A model generated the notes under the pieces. That model was not told where the DNA came from. It saw only the letters and a list, made by a program, of their open reading frames with translations, and ran no database searches. Below, piece by piece: positions 20,454 through 29,916 of a stretch of DNA of 64,000 nt. Position 1 is the stretch's first letter, and each line of letters starts with the position of its first letter. The translations under genes were made by a program, and so were the position numbers. The stretch is from a virus (lineage: Duplodnaviria > Caudoviricetes), in IMG/VR virus record IMGVR_UViG_3300020577_008200, positions 1 through 64,000 of that record. One strand, 5' to 3'.

Positions 20454-21552
20454 AGAGTATCCTTTTAATTTGAGAACCTATCACTTCATGTGAGTAATCA
20501 AAAACTTTATTGATACCAGCTTCCGATTTCAATTCTCTTTTTTTATGGTTTTCATAAGCTTCACGCATACACTGTCGAAGATGAGGTATCGAAATAGAAC
20601 CCCAAAGTTCTTTGCCATAAAATAGCTTGGCCGGATTATCTTGTAAACCAAAAACGGGAGTTAGGTTGTAATCAACCTTCCATCCCGTTTCGTCATCTAT
20701 GTAATCACTATAGCCACCATAACCATTAACAATTGGTGTTTTACCGAAACCCATACTATCTATACACGGAATTGAAAACCCTTCACCATATGACGTAGAA
20801 ACAAATACGTTACAGCTATTATGTATACTATAAATTTCATTATCAGACAAATACTCACTTGGAAGAACTATTTCTTCTTTTGTTTGTCCTAATTTTAGAC
20901 CGTCTTTTAATTTTTTAATAAAATCTCTACTATTTATATTTTCATTTTTTGTATCTAAGAGAAATTTTATTACTATATTAACAGGCTCATTTTTATCAAA
21001 TTCTAAATGGAATGCTTGAACAAAAGCCCCGAAGTTCTTACGACGAGAGAAGGAACCAGAGATGGAATAGAAAAGGAAGTCAGTGTGCCTTTCCTGCTCA
21101 ATTTGTTTGTAGGCTGGATAACTTTGCAAAAATACAGAAGTGTCGCAACCGAAGGGAACAACTCGAATAGGTTTCCTGATACCGCTCACTTCACAAGCTC
21201 GTTTAACAAAATTAGATGGAACCCAAATTTCATCCATCATATTTAAACGTTCTGGCCACTGTGACATTTTAAAATCACTAGTATGATAGTTGACATAAGC
21301 TATGTTCTTTTGAAACTCACCTTCATAAATTAACATTTCTGGTGGAACGTGTTGGATGATTACATCAGTTCCTTTAATCTTTTTGCTTTCTAATTCCAGA
21401 AATTTTTCGTCTAATTTTCCTTGAAAGTCATTAAGTTTAATAGGTCTAATACAAATATTCTCTCCAGTCTCATTTAGAGAAGATATAAGATTCAGAGAAC
21501 CTTTAGAGGCACCAGTACCATCCCGATATGGACCAATATATAATATACTCAT
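20446..21552 (-). CDS. GT4 glycosyltransferase
   Basis: MDEIWVPSNF, RKNF..FV.AF..EF, CNVFVSTSYGEGFSIPCIDSMGFGK. Confidence 0.9.
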   Translation of the reverse strand: MSILYIGPYRDGTGASKGSLNLISSLNETGENICIRPIKLNDFQGKLDEKFLELESKKIKGTDVIIQHVPPEMLIYEGEFQKNIAYVNYHTSDFKMSQWPERLNMMDEIWVPSNFVKRACEVSGIRKPIRVVPFGCDTSVFLQSYPAYKQIEQERHTDFLFYSISGSFSRRKNFGAFVQAFHLEFDKNEPVNIVIKFLLDTKNENINSRDFIKKLKDGLKLGQTKEEIVLPSEYLSDNEIYSIHNSCNVFVSTSYGEGFSIPCIDSMGFGKTPIVNGYGGYSDYIDDETGWKVDYNLTPVFGLQDNPAKLFYGKELWGSISIPHLRQCMREAYENHKKRELKSEAGINKVFDYSHEVIGSQIKRILYE

Positions 21553-22005
21553 TTATTTAACTTTCCTGTCCCTATATAATCTCTTATTATTATTTACACA
21601 ATTCATTATTCTCTCATTGTTATCAGAGAATATATTTTCGTAATCGGATGGAGCATACCATAGTCTAGTAGCTATGATAAAAACTAAATATGATTTAATA
21701 TAGGGAGACCTATTAATTTTAGCCGCATCTTCAATTGTTATATATCTATCACTATCTATAATTTCGATTGCTGCAAATATCGGGATACTATATATAGTAG
21801 ACTTATACTCAAAAAATTTCTTTTTTAATATTTCTTTACTTCTAAAACGTATTTCCGGGTCTGAACTGTGGACCCCATATTCAATCATATACGGAATAGT
21901 TTTTGGGTTAATATTATAGCTTAGATATTTAGTAGCATTTTCTCTAGTGCAGAAATCATTATCTCCGAGAAGAGAAATTATAAAAATAATTATTATTTTT
22001 GACAT
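21553..22005 (-). CDS. Hypothetical protein with hydrophobic N-terminus and HEAT-like motif
   Basis: MSKIIIIFIISLLGDNDFCTRENATKYL...SSDPEIRFRSKEIL. Confidence 0.5.
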   Translation of the reverse strand: MSKIIIIFIISLLGDNDFCTRENATKYLSYNINPKTIPYMIEYGVHSSDPEIRFRSKEILKKKFFEYKSTIYSIPIFAAIEIIDSDRYITIEDAAKINRSPYIKSYLVFIIATRLWYAPSDYENIFSDNNERIMNCVNNNKRLYRDRKVK

Positions 22006-22012
22006 TGTAATA

Positions 22013-22037
22013 TAAGCCTGTATTTTGGACAGGCTTA
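22013..22037 (-). terminator. Intergenic hairpin (terminator or processing site)
   Basis: TAAGCCTGT-N7-ACAGGCTTA perfect 9-bp stem; weak U-tract. Confidence 0.5.
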
Positions 22038-22046
22038 GTAAAAGGT

Positions 22047-22382
22047 TTAGATTTTGTAATATCTGCTGGCTCTGTCAACCAAACTTGTAACTGTATACCT
22101 AAGACTATTTGGAATTTCTGTACTTTTTTGAACAAATTTTACAGAATTCAACTCTACAGAATTATTAATAGCTTTGTTAATACCAATTTGTTTGTCAAAA
22201 TTTTCAAGTGTGGTATTACATTTACTCCAGCCAACTTTTACCTCATCGTTTTGTTTATAAGCTAGTGCTAGTCCGACTGGACGCCCATGTTTATCACGAA
22301 GATATTGGACTAGAAACTTTGGACCCAAAACCTGTTGATTTTCCTTTTTACAATTTTCGATGTATTCATTTCTATTATTCAT
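22047..22382 (-). CDS. Hypothetical phage protein
   Basis: 111 aa; KVGWSKCN...NFDKQIGINKA motif; coupled to upstream gene. Confidence 0.6.
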   Translation of the reverse strand: MNNRNEYIENCKKENQQVLGPKFLVQYLRDKHGRPVGLALAYKQNDEVKVGWSKCNTTLENFDKQIGINKAINNSVELNSVKFVQKSTEIPNSLRYTVTSLVDRASRYYKI

Positions 22383-24010
22383 AACTTTCCTCTTTTCTTT
22401 TCAAAAATATTTTTAGCGTTAGCAATATTTATTAAATGATTTGCTAAAGTTTCTCTAGTAAATTCTCCATAAGCGGCGTATGATTCAGAACTATGTTCTT
22501 CGTCTACTAACATATTTGGCAAACCTTTTAAACAGGCTCCTAATCCCAAATCTCTAGTTAATCTGATAGCTAAGTAACTATTTATTAACTCTGGGCGTCC
22601 AGCTATGTTAGCAAAAGCCCAATTTACAAATTCTTTATCACTCATACCGCTTGGAGGATTCATGTTTGGCACATTTATCTTAGCTGGTAAATCCCACTTG
22701 TCAAGAGGAATCACGGAATCGAAATAATTTTCCCAAATTTTACTAGTTTTTTCCCAGGTGTAATGGGTTAACACACCTTCTCTAGCTTTTACAGCATACT
22801 CGAAATGTTTTTCTTTTGGCATTTTGAAGAAGTTTATTAGTAAATCAACTAAATTAGAATTGTCTGGTAAGGCACGATAAGACTCTGTTCCACTATCTCT
22901 AAACATTCTGTGTACTTTAATAGGGAAACCGCCTAATTTTCTAACCACATCAGACATTGCGGAGTAATCCACAGCTATAACTGGAGTTCCGGACGCAGAA
23001 GATTCTACCATAGGCATTCCAAAACCTTCACAATTTGAGTATTGAACATATACATTCATTAGCGCATATATTTCGTTTAATACATGTGGAGGTATTCCAG
23101 CTTTAATGTTAGGTAAAATTGCGCTATGTGAACCGCACAGACGACAAGGAGCCTTGCCGTCTTGAAAGAATGATGGATATATTTCTTTACAATTTAGACA
23201 GAAATAAGTAAAGTAAGTTCGATGTGCTATTCCATGTTCTTTTAGTAAACGAGGTATATCCCAACCTAAGTCCGGATAAGCGCAATGTAAATAAAGATAG
23301 GATTTACTAGCAATCTCTTTTGGAGCCTGTTCTAAGAACAAAGCAAAGCTTTCCATTAAATCAGGATAAAGTTTTCTAACCTGATTTCTCATTACGCTTC
23401 CAATAATAAAACTGTCTTCTGATAAACCAACTCTTTTTCTAACTTCATCTTTTTTCAAAAATTTATAGTTTACTAAGTCTGCTCCCGGTGGAGCAGCGCA
23501 CTTAAGATTAGAAGGATTATTCATTTGTTTTTTGAGAACATCCAAGCCCCAATCTGTATAAGTGAAAATAGCATCTGCACTGGCAAAGTTACTTAACCAA
23601 TTATCATTTTGTGGAGCAGAATCAACTGTGGGCATATAAGCATAATTAAAATATGGTCTAGCTGGAGAACGTTCTATAAATTCATCCATCCACGGGTCAC
23701 GAATAGAGAAAACGCAATCTGGTTTGAAATCTATACATACGTCATCAAATAAATATTCTCCCCATTGATTAGTAACTTTACTATGATAAATTTGTTCAGT
23801 TATTTTATCATTCAATTTTGGAATAACGGGATAATATTTCCACGGTAAAACGCTAGCTCTATTATCTTCTGGACTTCCGTATGAAGCTAGTTCTGCAATC
23901 TCATATTTATTAGTATCTTGTAGTCTACGCAAAACTTCATAACCGTATGTAGAATAACCAGTCGAAAGAAGAGAACTTTCATTAACCATTAAAAGACGTT
24001 TTTTTCTCAT
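22379..24010 (-). CDS. GT4 glycosyltransferase with internal Zn-ribbon
   Basis: STGYSTYG, IGSVMRNQVRKLYPDL, CLNC...CRLC insertion, YVQYSNCEGFGMPMVESSASGTPVI. Confidence 0.9.
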   Translation of the reverse strand: MRKKRLLMVNESSLLSTGYSTYGYEVLRRLQDTNKYEIAELASYGSPEDNRASVLPWKYYPVIPKLNDKITEQIYHSKVTNQWGEYLFDDVCIDFKPDCVFSIRDPWMDEFIERSPARPYFNYAYMPTVDSAPQNDNWLSNFASADAIFTYTDWGLDVLKKQMNNPSNLKCAAPPGADLVNYKFLKKDEVRKRVGLSEDSFIIGSVMRNQVRKLYPDLMESFALFLEQAPKEIASKSYLYLHCAYPDLGWDIPRLLKEHGIAHRTYFTYFCLNCKEIYPSFFQDGKAPCRLCGSHSAILPNIKAGIPPHVLNEIYALMNVYVQYSNCEGFGMPMVESSASGTPVIAVDYSAMSDVVRKLGGFPIKVHRMFRDSGTESYRALPDNSNLVDLLINFFKMPKEKHFEYAVKAREGVLTHYTWEKTSKIWENYFDSVIPLDKWDLPAKINVPNMNPPSGMSDKEFVNWAFANIAGRPELINSYLAIRLTRDLGLGACLKGLPNMLVDEEHSSESYAAYGEFTRETLANHLINIANAKNIFEKKRGKL

Positions 24011-24024
24011 TATATCCTATTAGT

Positions 24025-24063
24025 AAAAAAGCCCCGCCTAAGATTTATATAGACAGGGCGGAA
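24025..24063 (-). terminator. Rho-independent terminator after ssb
   Basis: Minus strand TTCCGCC...GGCGGGG stem followed by C then TTTTTT. Confidence 0.65.
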
Positions 24064-24121
24064 GGAGATAGACTGGCTGAACAAATTGGCAGGGAAGGAT
24101 GTGATGTGCCTTCTCTGCAAA

Positions 24122-24535
24122 TTAAAATGGTGGAGGTGCCTCAGTGCTTTGAATATTTTTTTGTGGAGTGGTTTTGGCTTTTGGTTGAGTTTTTGCTGGT
24201 GGAGCATTATTAGTAGTATCATTTTCGTCAACAGCTTTTCTGTCTACGAACCAAAAATCACTAACGGTAATCTTGTGCTTACTTCTTTTGTCACCATCTT
24301 TTTCCCATGTTTCAAACTTAAGTTTACCTTCTAGTAAGATTCTAGAACCTTTTTTGAAATATTTTTCTAATACTTCAGCACGATTACCCCAACATTCACA
24401 ATCAATGAACATTGTTTCTTCTTTATCCTTATATTTTTCATTTACAGCAACACCAAACTTTGCTACTTTATGTTCCCCAACATCTTTTACCTCAACGTCT
24501 CTAGTTAGATTACCCATTATCGTACTCTTATTCAT
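24122..24535 (-). CDS. ssb: Single-stranded DNA-binding protein (likely start MNKSTIMG at 24535)
   Basis: MNK..IMGNLTRD, F.VAVNE, FIDCECWG, KGSRILLEGKL....WEK OB fold; C-terminal PPF tail. Confidence 0.95.
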   Translation of the reverse strand: MNKSTIMGNLTRDVEVKDVGEHKVAKFGVAVNEKYKDKEETMFIDCECWGNRAEVLEKYFKKGSRILLEGKLKFETWEKDGDKRSKHKITVSDFWFVDRKAVDENDTTNNAPPAKTQPKAKTTPQKNIQSTEAPPPF

Positions 24536-24579
24536 AATAACCCTTTTTATAATTGTGTAGATAGCTTTAGCTACCAAAT

Positions 24580-24783
24580 TTATTCTTCAATCTCAAATAC
24601 ATTAAGTTCTACTTCTGCTCCAGTGACTATATTAACAGTATCACTCAGGTCATCTTTAAACCATACTTTGATTTTCTTTTCTAATTCTTCTATTGCTGTT
24701 GGGGTTGGTAAAATTTTATGTTCTAACGAGCCAATTTTCCAATGTCTGATTTTCATATTTTCCCTAATTAAATTTGTGAACAT
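24580..24783 (-). CDS. Hypothetical protein
   Basis: 67 aa ORF packed between dnaE-C and ssb. Confidence 0.55.
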   Translation of the reverse strand: MFTNLIRENMKIRHWKIGSLEHKILPTPTAIEELEKKIKVWFKDDLSDTVNIVTGAEVELNVFEIEE

Positions 24784-25373
24784 TTCTTAACTTCAAAACT
24801 TCCCTTTTTACCGAATTCACCTTCTAGTAAAACGTTGTTACCTTCTGACAAGATATCTTTATATTTTTTATAAGTATCCGAAAATACACATACATCAGAT
24901 AGAGAGCAGGTAGCATCTGATACTACCAGAAAAGCCATCTTTTGTCCAGTATAATTTCCTATTTTCTTAATAGTAGTTACTCTGACAGCTTCAATAGTTA
25001 CTGCTAAAACTAACCTTCCTTTTCTTCCAGATAAGGCTTCTTTACAACTACAGTTAGCTTCGCTAATATCACAACCATCAACAATAGAACAATTAATAGC
25101 TGTGCCTAAATATTTTTCTTCATTATAAGCAATCATACTTGGAGTATCATTCATACTAATTATTGGAGAAGTAAGTAATTTTACTTTGTCTTCCAAAATA
25201 GCTACCCGTTTTATATTAGCGCATCCACCTCCATCTTTTTTAGGTTTGGCGGCAGCTTCAATAGCATGTACTATTTCAGTAAATTTTGAAGAAGATTCTT
25301 TAATCCATTCTTGCTCTTTATCTGTTAAATCTGAGTAGGCTTTATATTCTTCTAACATTCTAGTTCTTGACAC
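24768..25373 (-). CDS. dnaE: DNA polymerase III alpha, C-terminal fragment (OB-fold)
   Basis: EEKYLG, G.....KMAFLVVSD....LSDVCVFSDTYKKY..IL.EGN.VLLEG; own AAGGAG RBS and GTG start. Confidence 0.85.
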   Translation of the reverse strand: MSRTRMLEEYKAYSDLTDKEQEWIKESSSKFTEIVHAIEAAAKPKKDGGGCANIKRVAILEDKVKLLTSPIISMNDTPSMIAYNEEKYLGTAINCSIVDGCDISEANCSCKEALSGRKGRLVLAVTIEAVRVTTIKKIGNYTGQKMAFLVVSDATCSLSDVCVFSDTYKKYKDILSEGNNVLLEGEFGKKGSFEVKKCSQI

Positions 25374-25388
25374 AACTATCTCCTTTTA

Positions 25389-26483
25389 TTAACTTTTGGA
25401 AAAGTTGTCCATGTAACTAAGTGCCCCAACCTCTATTAATCTCTCCATAGTGGTACTACTGACCTGTGGAGACACAAAAACTAAAAATTCATACCAAGAT
25501 AAGTCTTCTATTTTTTTACCATAAGTTTCTTCAGCATTTATAATTGCTTGTCTAAGTTTATCAACTTGAGCATCTCCAATTCCTTTTATATCAGCTAGGC
25601 CAAATTGTACTTTAACCCCATCTGTAAAGAAATGTTTTTTCATACTTCTGAGGTCTGGAGTTAAAACTTCTACATCCATTAATTTTGCTTCATTAATTAA
25701 CTCTCGTATTTCCTGTAAAGGGTCTTGTTTTTCTTGAGCGTAACGTAAATAAGATGTAAAAAATTGAATCGGAAAGTGGGCTTTACAGTAAGCTGTCCAG
25801 TAACTATTCATAGCATACGAATAAGCGTGGCTAGCATTGAACGAATATCTTTGACTTTCTTTAATCCAACCGAAGATTTCTTTAGCCTGTTCCTCGTTGA
25901 CAACATTCGCTTTCTTAACACCTTCAAAGAACATGACTTCCACTTTTGCCATTTCTTCTGGTAACTTTTTACCAATAGCTTTACGAAGCATGTCTGCTTC
26001 TTGCATTGTAAAGTTAGCTAAATCTCTAACTATAAACATAGCTTGTTCTTGATAAACTAAAATTCCATAAGTCTTTTCTAGAATTGGTTTTAAGGAAGGA
26101 TGAAGATATTCTACTTCTACCATTCTATTTTTTCTTTGGCAATATAATTCTGTAAGACTCAGCCCGGTTTTAGCGTCAATACTTTTAGTACAACCGGGTC
26201 TTAAAATAGCTCCTAAATCAGCTAGGTGTTGTATACATTCAGGTTTTAATTTTTTAACCCACTGTCTACCAGTTCCTTCTAGTTGGAATACTCCTTTGAC
26301 TAAACCTTTACCTAACATATCCCAAACATACATGCATTCTAAAGGGACTTCCGCAATATTAAATTTATGAAGTGGCGGAACTATTTGATTCTTTTCATAG
26401 TATTCTAATGTTTTACCCTTTTTCGCTATCATCTCTTCATTGATATTAAACTTACATCCGCACTTCATTTGATAAATCTTCAT
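25389..26483 (-). CDS. dnaE: DNA polymerase III alpha, middle fragment (fingers + HhH)
   Basis: GVFQLEG, LGAILRPG, TYGILVYQEQAM, EADMLRKAIGKK, YSFNASHAYSY, FGLADIKGIG. Confidence 0.95.
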   Translation of the reverse strand: MKIYQMKCGCKFNINEEMIAKKGKTLEYYEKNQIVPPLHKFNIAEVPLECMYVWDMLGKGLVKGVFQLEGTGRQWVKKLKPECIQHLADLGAILRPGCTKSIDAKTGLSLTELYCQRKNRMVEVEYLHPSLKPILEKTYGILVYQEQAMFIVRDLANFTMQEADMLRKAIGKKLPEEMAKVEVMFFEGVKKANVVNEEQAKEIFGWIKESQRYSFNASHAYSYAMNSYWTAYCKAHFPIQFFTSYLRYAQEKQDPLQEIRELINEAKLMDVEVLTPDLRSMKKHFFTDGVKVQFGLADIKGIGDAQVDKLRQAIINAEETYGKKIEDLSWYEFLVFVSPQVSSTTMERLIEVGALSYMDNFSKS

Positions 26484-27207
26484 GATAAGTCTCGCCGTAT
26501 AAGTTTTTCAGATGTCGAAATGGATAGCCATTGGGATAGTGCTTGGGCCATTCAATGGGTAATTGAGGTAATGGTTGAAAGGCTACGCCATCACTTATTA
26601 ATTGATTACTTATTTTCAATGCTTCATCTTTATGAGAAGCGGAATCAGTTAGATATTTATACGGTTCATCTACGAATTTTTGAATCTCAGGATTAAATTT
26701 TCTACAATAATGTGAGCCAATATAAGTTTCTGTTCTAATTGTTGTGCTTTCATTATACTGAAAATCCTTGACTTTGTCAAGGGGAATATCAAATAATTCC
26801 CACATATCTTTTGAATTACCAATAAACATGTGGTCCCGAGGATGAAATGGGAAACGGGGATAAATGCTAAGAGTTAGTATATTATTATTAATACGTTCAG
26901 TACAATAGAAATACCAGATTTTATCTAAAGGTACAAACATATCGCTTCGTATTTTCATTACTACTGAGGAATGAATTTTATTCATACCGGCGAGCGAAGT
27001 TACTAATTGAAGATTACGATTTCCTAAACCGGGGTTGGAAGGATAATCTGATAGAACTAATTCATCTATATCCCAATCTCTATAGAGAACTTCATTCTCT
27101 TTCCAGGTAGAAAAAATTACTCTATTTACAAAATCGTAGTCTCTATATCTATTAATGAATTCTCTTGTGTAAGAATATACTGGACCTTGTATTAAAACGT
27201 CTATCAT
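26452..27207 (-). CDS. WavE-family lipopolysaccharide synthesis protein (likely start MIDV at 27207)
   Basis: VLIQGP, VIFSTW, P.NPG..NRNLQLVTSLAG, MKIRSD, FHPRDHMFIG motifs. Confidence 0.75.
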   Translation of the reverse strand: MIDVLIQGPVYSYTREFINRYRDYDFVNRVIFSTWKENEVLYRDWDIDELVLSDYPSNPGLGNRNLQLVTSLAGMNKIHSSVVMKIRSDMFVPLDKIWYFYCTERINNNILTLSIYPRFPFHPRDHMFIGNSKDMWELFDIPLDKVKDFQYNESTTIRTETYIGSHYCRKFNPEIQKFVDEPYKYLTDSASHKDEALKISNQLISDGVAFQPLPQLPIEWPKHYPNGYPFRHLKNLYGETYHEDLSNEVRM

Positions 27208-28250
27208 TTGATTCTCACGAAAGTGGTACATTTAGATAAGGATTTAATATCGTCTGTTCCAATATAGGTACAAGTAGAACGTAATCCGCCCAATATTTGA
27301 TTGATTATATTTTTAACTGGACCCTTGTATTGTATTTCTACAGATTTACCTTCTGGGGAACGATGTTCTGCAACCCCACCATAATATTTATCCATACATT
27401 CTTTACTGCTCATTCCATAAACACGAAGAGATTTTTTAACATCTTTATAATTTTCGTAACCGTTTCCAGGTAGTCCGTCATGAACTGGTTCATAAGTCCA
27501 TAATCCTTCACATTCATCAGTTCCACTTAACATATTTCCTAGCATCACAAAATCTGCACCGGCTCCAAAAGCTTTAGCAATATCTCCAGATGTTTTACAT
27601 CCACCGTCACTACAAACATGTCCTCCACAACCATGTGCAACATCACTACATTCAATAATAGCACTTAATTGAGGATAACCAACTCCGGTTACTTTACGAG
27701 TTTCACAGAATGCTCCCGGTCCAATTCCAATTTTAACTATATCCGCCCCATTTACTAACAATTCTTGTGTCATGTCTCCAGTAGCTACGTTACCAGCCAT
27801 AATAATAGCTTTAGGAAATGATTTTCTTACTTCTTGAACTCTATTAACAAAATATTTAGTATATCCATTAGCTGCGTCAATACAAATTCTATGGATGTAA
27901 GTCTCATCTTTCATATATTTTAGTTTTTCAAAATCACCATCTGTGATACCAATTGTACAGAAAGCTTGATTAATTGGATTCTGTTTGAAAAAACTAATTA
28001 ATTGTTCCGGCTTGTAGAACTTATGAAGACATGTATATAAACCTTGTTCAGATAATGCTTTTTCCATTGCTATTGTGCCAGTAGTATCTAAATTTGCAGC
28101 AATGATTGGAATACCGCTCATAGTACATTTTGCGTGTAGCATTTTAAAAGTTCTATATAGATTAACATCCGCTCTACTTCCAGTTTCACTCCTCTTAGGA
28201 CAGATTAAAACATCATCAAAATCTAACTTAACTTCGTTTATAATTCTCAA
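27204..28250 (-). CDS. guaC: GMP reductase
   Basis: KLDFDDVLICPKRS, IIAANLDTTGT, CIDAANGY, AGNVAT, KIGIGPG..CETR, YPQLSA, SDGGC, YRSPEGK-like and GGLRSTCTYIG. Confidence 0.95.
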   Translation of the reverse strand: MRIINEVKLDFDDVLICPKRSETGSRADVNLYRTFKMLHAKCTMSGIPIIAANLDTTGTIAMEKALSEQGLYTCLHKFYKPEQLISFFKQNPINQAFCTIGITDGDFEKLKYMKDETYIHRICIDAANGYTKYFVNRVQEVRKSFPKAIIMAGNVATGDMTQELLVNGADIVKIGIGPGAFCETRKVTGVGYPQLSAIIECSDVAHGCGGHVCSDGGCKTSGDIAKAFGAGADFVMLGNMLSGTDECEGLWTYEPVHDGLPGNGYENYKDVKKSLRVYGMSSKECMDKYYGGVAEHRSPEGKSVEIQYKGPVKNIINQILGGLRSTCTYIGTDDIKSLSKCTTFVRIK

Positions 28251-28713
28251 TTAATTCTCCGCCAAATGTACTAGTATATTGTTCAGCATCTTCTGAACTT
28301 GGCATCCAGTCTTTAATTTCTTGTAAGGCTTCTGGTGAAATCCATAAATCTTTGTATTTATCCCCTGAATAATATTTATCACCCGGAACAGATGGAGTTT
28401 TTATAACTATAAGTTCACTATCTTCTACAAATTCTATTCCATAAACTTGATTTGGTTCTGTGACCCAGATAAAACCTTGTTTAGCTTCAATAATCCACTG
28501 TTTACCATCAACTATTTTCATAGTGTCAAATTTTATTTTACCTTTGATTAGATAGTTAATTTCAGTCATTTTTTTATGGAAGTGCCCATCACTTTTATCG
28601 CCAGCTTTATGTTTCAAATGTCCAACTTCAAAAGCTTCGCTTATAAATGCGGAAGGATAAAAATTACCAATGAACCAGCCATTTTTCATCCAGTCAATAC
28701 TGTATAAAAGCAT
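28228..28713 (-). CDS. Cupin-fold protein of sugar-nucleotide loci
   Basis: GWFIGNF.P, H.H....EINY.I.G, IKTPSVPGDKY. Confidence 0.7.
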   Translation of the reverse strand: MLLYSIDWMKNGWFIGNFYPSAFISEAFEVGHLKHKAGDKSDGHFHKKMTEINYLIKGKIKFDTMKIVDGKQWIIEAKQGFIWVTEPNQVYGIEFVEDSELIVIKTPSVPGDKYYSGDKYKDLWISPEALQEIKDWMPSSEDAEQYTSTFGGELIENYKRS

Positions 28714-28731
28714 AACTATTCTCTTTTGTTT

Positions 28732-29916
28732 TTAGTTTCCATTTTTCATTAAACGACATTGATGCCGGCCTCCATCGAAAGTTTCTTCGGTTAGTGAATA
28801 GATAACATCTTCTAATTTTCTAGTTTCCGGAAAATCATGTGCAGATAGAGCAAAGAAGTTGGCCGCATTATGTTTGATAGCATAACCAGCGTGATATTCA
28901 TCTTGAACCAAAGCAGAGCGAATTCCTGGTATTTTATTAGCACAAATATTAATACCCTGTCCGCTACGACAAATTCCTAAACCAAAAAATGGTCTATTAT
29001 TAAGGACAAACTTTGCAGTAGTTTCTACATAAGTATTATAATCACAATCTTTATCATTATAACAACCAAAGTCTATATAAGGAATTTTATTTTTTTCCAT
29101 TATTTTCTTGATTTCATCTTTTACTTTAAAACCAGAATGGTCACTACATAACGCAAAAGCTCGCGGTTTAGCTAGATATTTGAAAGATACTTCCTCAAAA
29201 AATTTGAATTCTTCGGGCGTCCCCATAATATGAATTTTGTCGATTTTTCGATATTCGACCTCATCTGAATTTGTTATTCTGTTATAGAGAGGAGCAATAT
29301 GGGCTTCACCACTAGGATTATATTGGCTTTTTACTGATACACTATTCAGATACGCCCATGCATGTTCAGCAAATAATTTGCAACTTTGAAAACAGTAGAC
29401 TCCGACATTAGCTAAATTACTAGGTCTAACCACTTTTTCCCAAACAGAAGAAACTAAATTTTTATCATTTATATCTATATAACTATAGTTAGGACTATTA
29501 GATTTAAAAACTAAAGTTTGACCCGCAGTTTTAAAGTCATAGTTATTTGGTTTAAAGATTGGTGTAAAAGAAATATCGGGACAAAGTATAATTAAAGGAT
29601 TTTCATCATCCGGATTAATGCCAGCTAACACGGTTTCTATTGCCCCTTTAGTTTCTCGGTGAAGCTTAGTAACACCAATATCTTTACCGAACTTATATTG
29701 CAACCATTCAAACATACCGAAATCCCGGATATGTTCTTCTCTTACTACAAATTCTATTTCGCATTCTGTAGTATCAATAGATTGCATAGACCATTCTAAA
29801 ATACTTCTATCTCCACAAATCAACATAGGTTTGGGAAGTTTAAAACCTCCGGCAGTCATGCGAGAGCCGCGACCAGCTAGAGGGACTACTAACTTGTACG
29901 GCTTAGATGTTCTCAT
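28732..29916 (-). CDS. Nucleotidyltransferase fused to RpiB/LacAB sugar-phosphate isomerase
   Basis: N-terminal VPLAGRGSRM...GFKLPKPM, MGTPEE; C-terminal SDHSGF..K, D.DY, GICRSGQG..I.ANK.PGIRSA, HNAAN, F.GGRH.CR. Confidence 0.9.
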   Translation of the reverse strand: MRTSKPYKLVVPLAGRGSRMTAGGFKLPKPMLICGDRSILEWSMQSIDTTECEIEFVVREEHIRDFGMFEWLQYKFGKDIGVTKLHRETKGAIETVLAGINPDDENPLIILCPDISFTPIFKPNNYDFKTAGQTLVFKSNSPNYSYIDINDKNLVSSVWEKVVRPSNLANVGVYCFQSCKLFAEHAWAYLNSVSVKSQYNPSGEAHIAPLYNRITNSDEVEYRKIDKIHIMGTPEEFKFFEEVSFKYLAKPRAFALCSDHSGFKVKDEIKKIMEKNKIPYIDFGCYNDKDCDYNTYVETTAKFVLNNRPFFGLGICRSGQGINICANKIPGIRSALVQDEYHAGYAIKHNAANFFALSAHDFPETRKLEDVIYSLTEETFDGGRHQCRLMKNGN

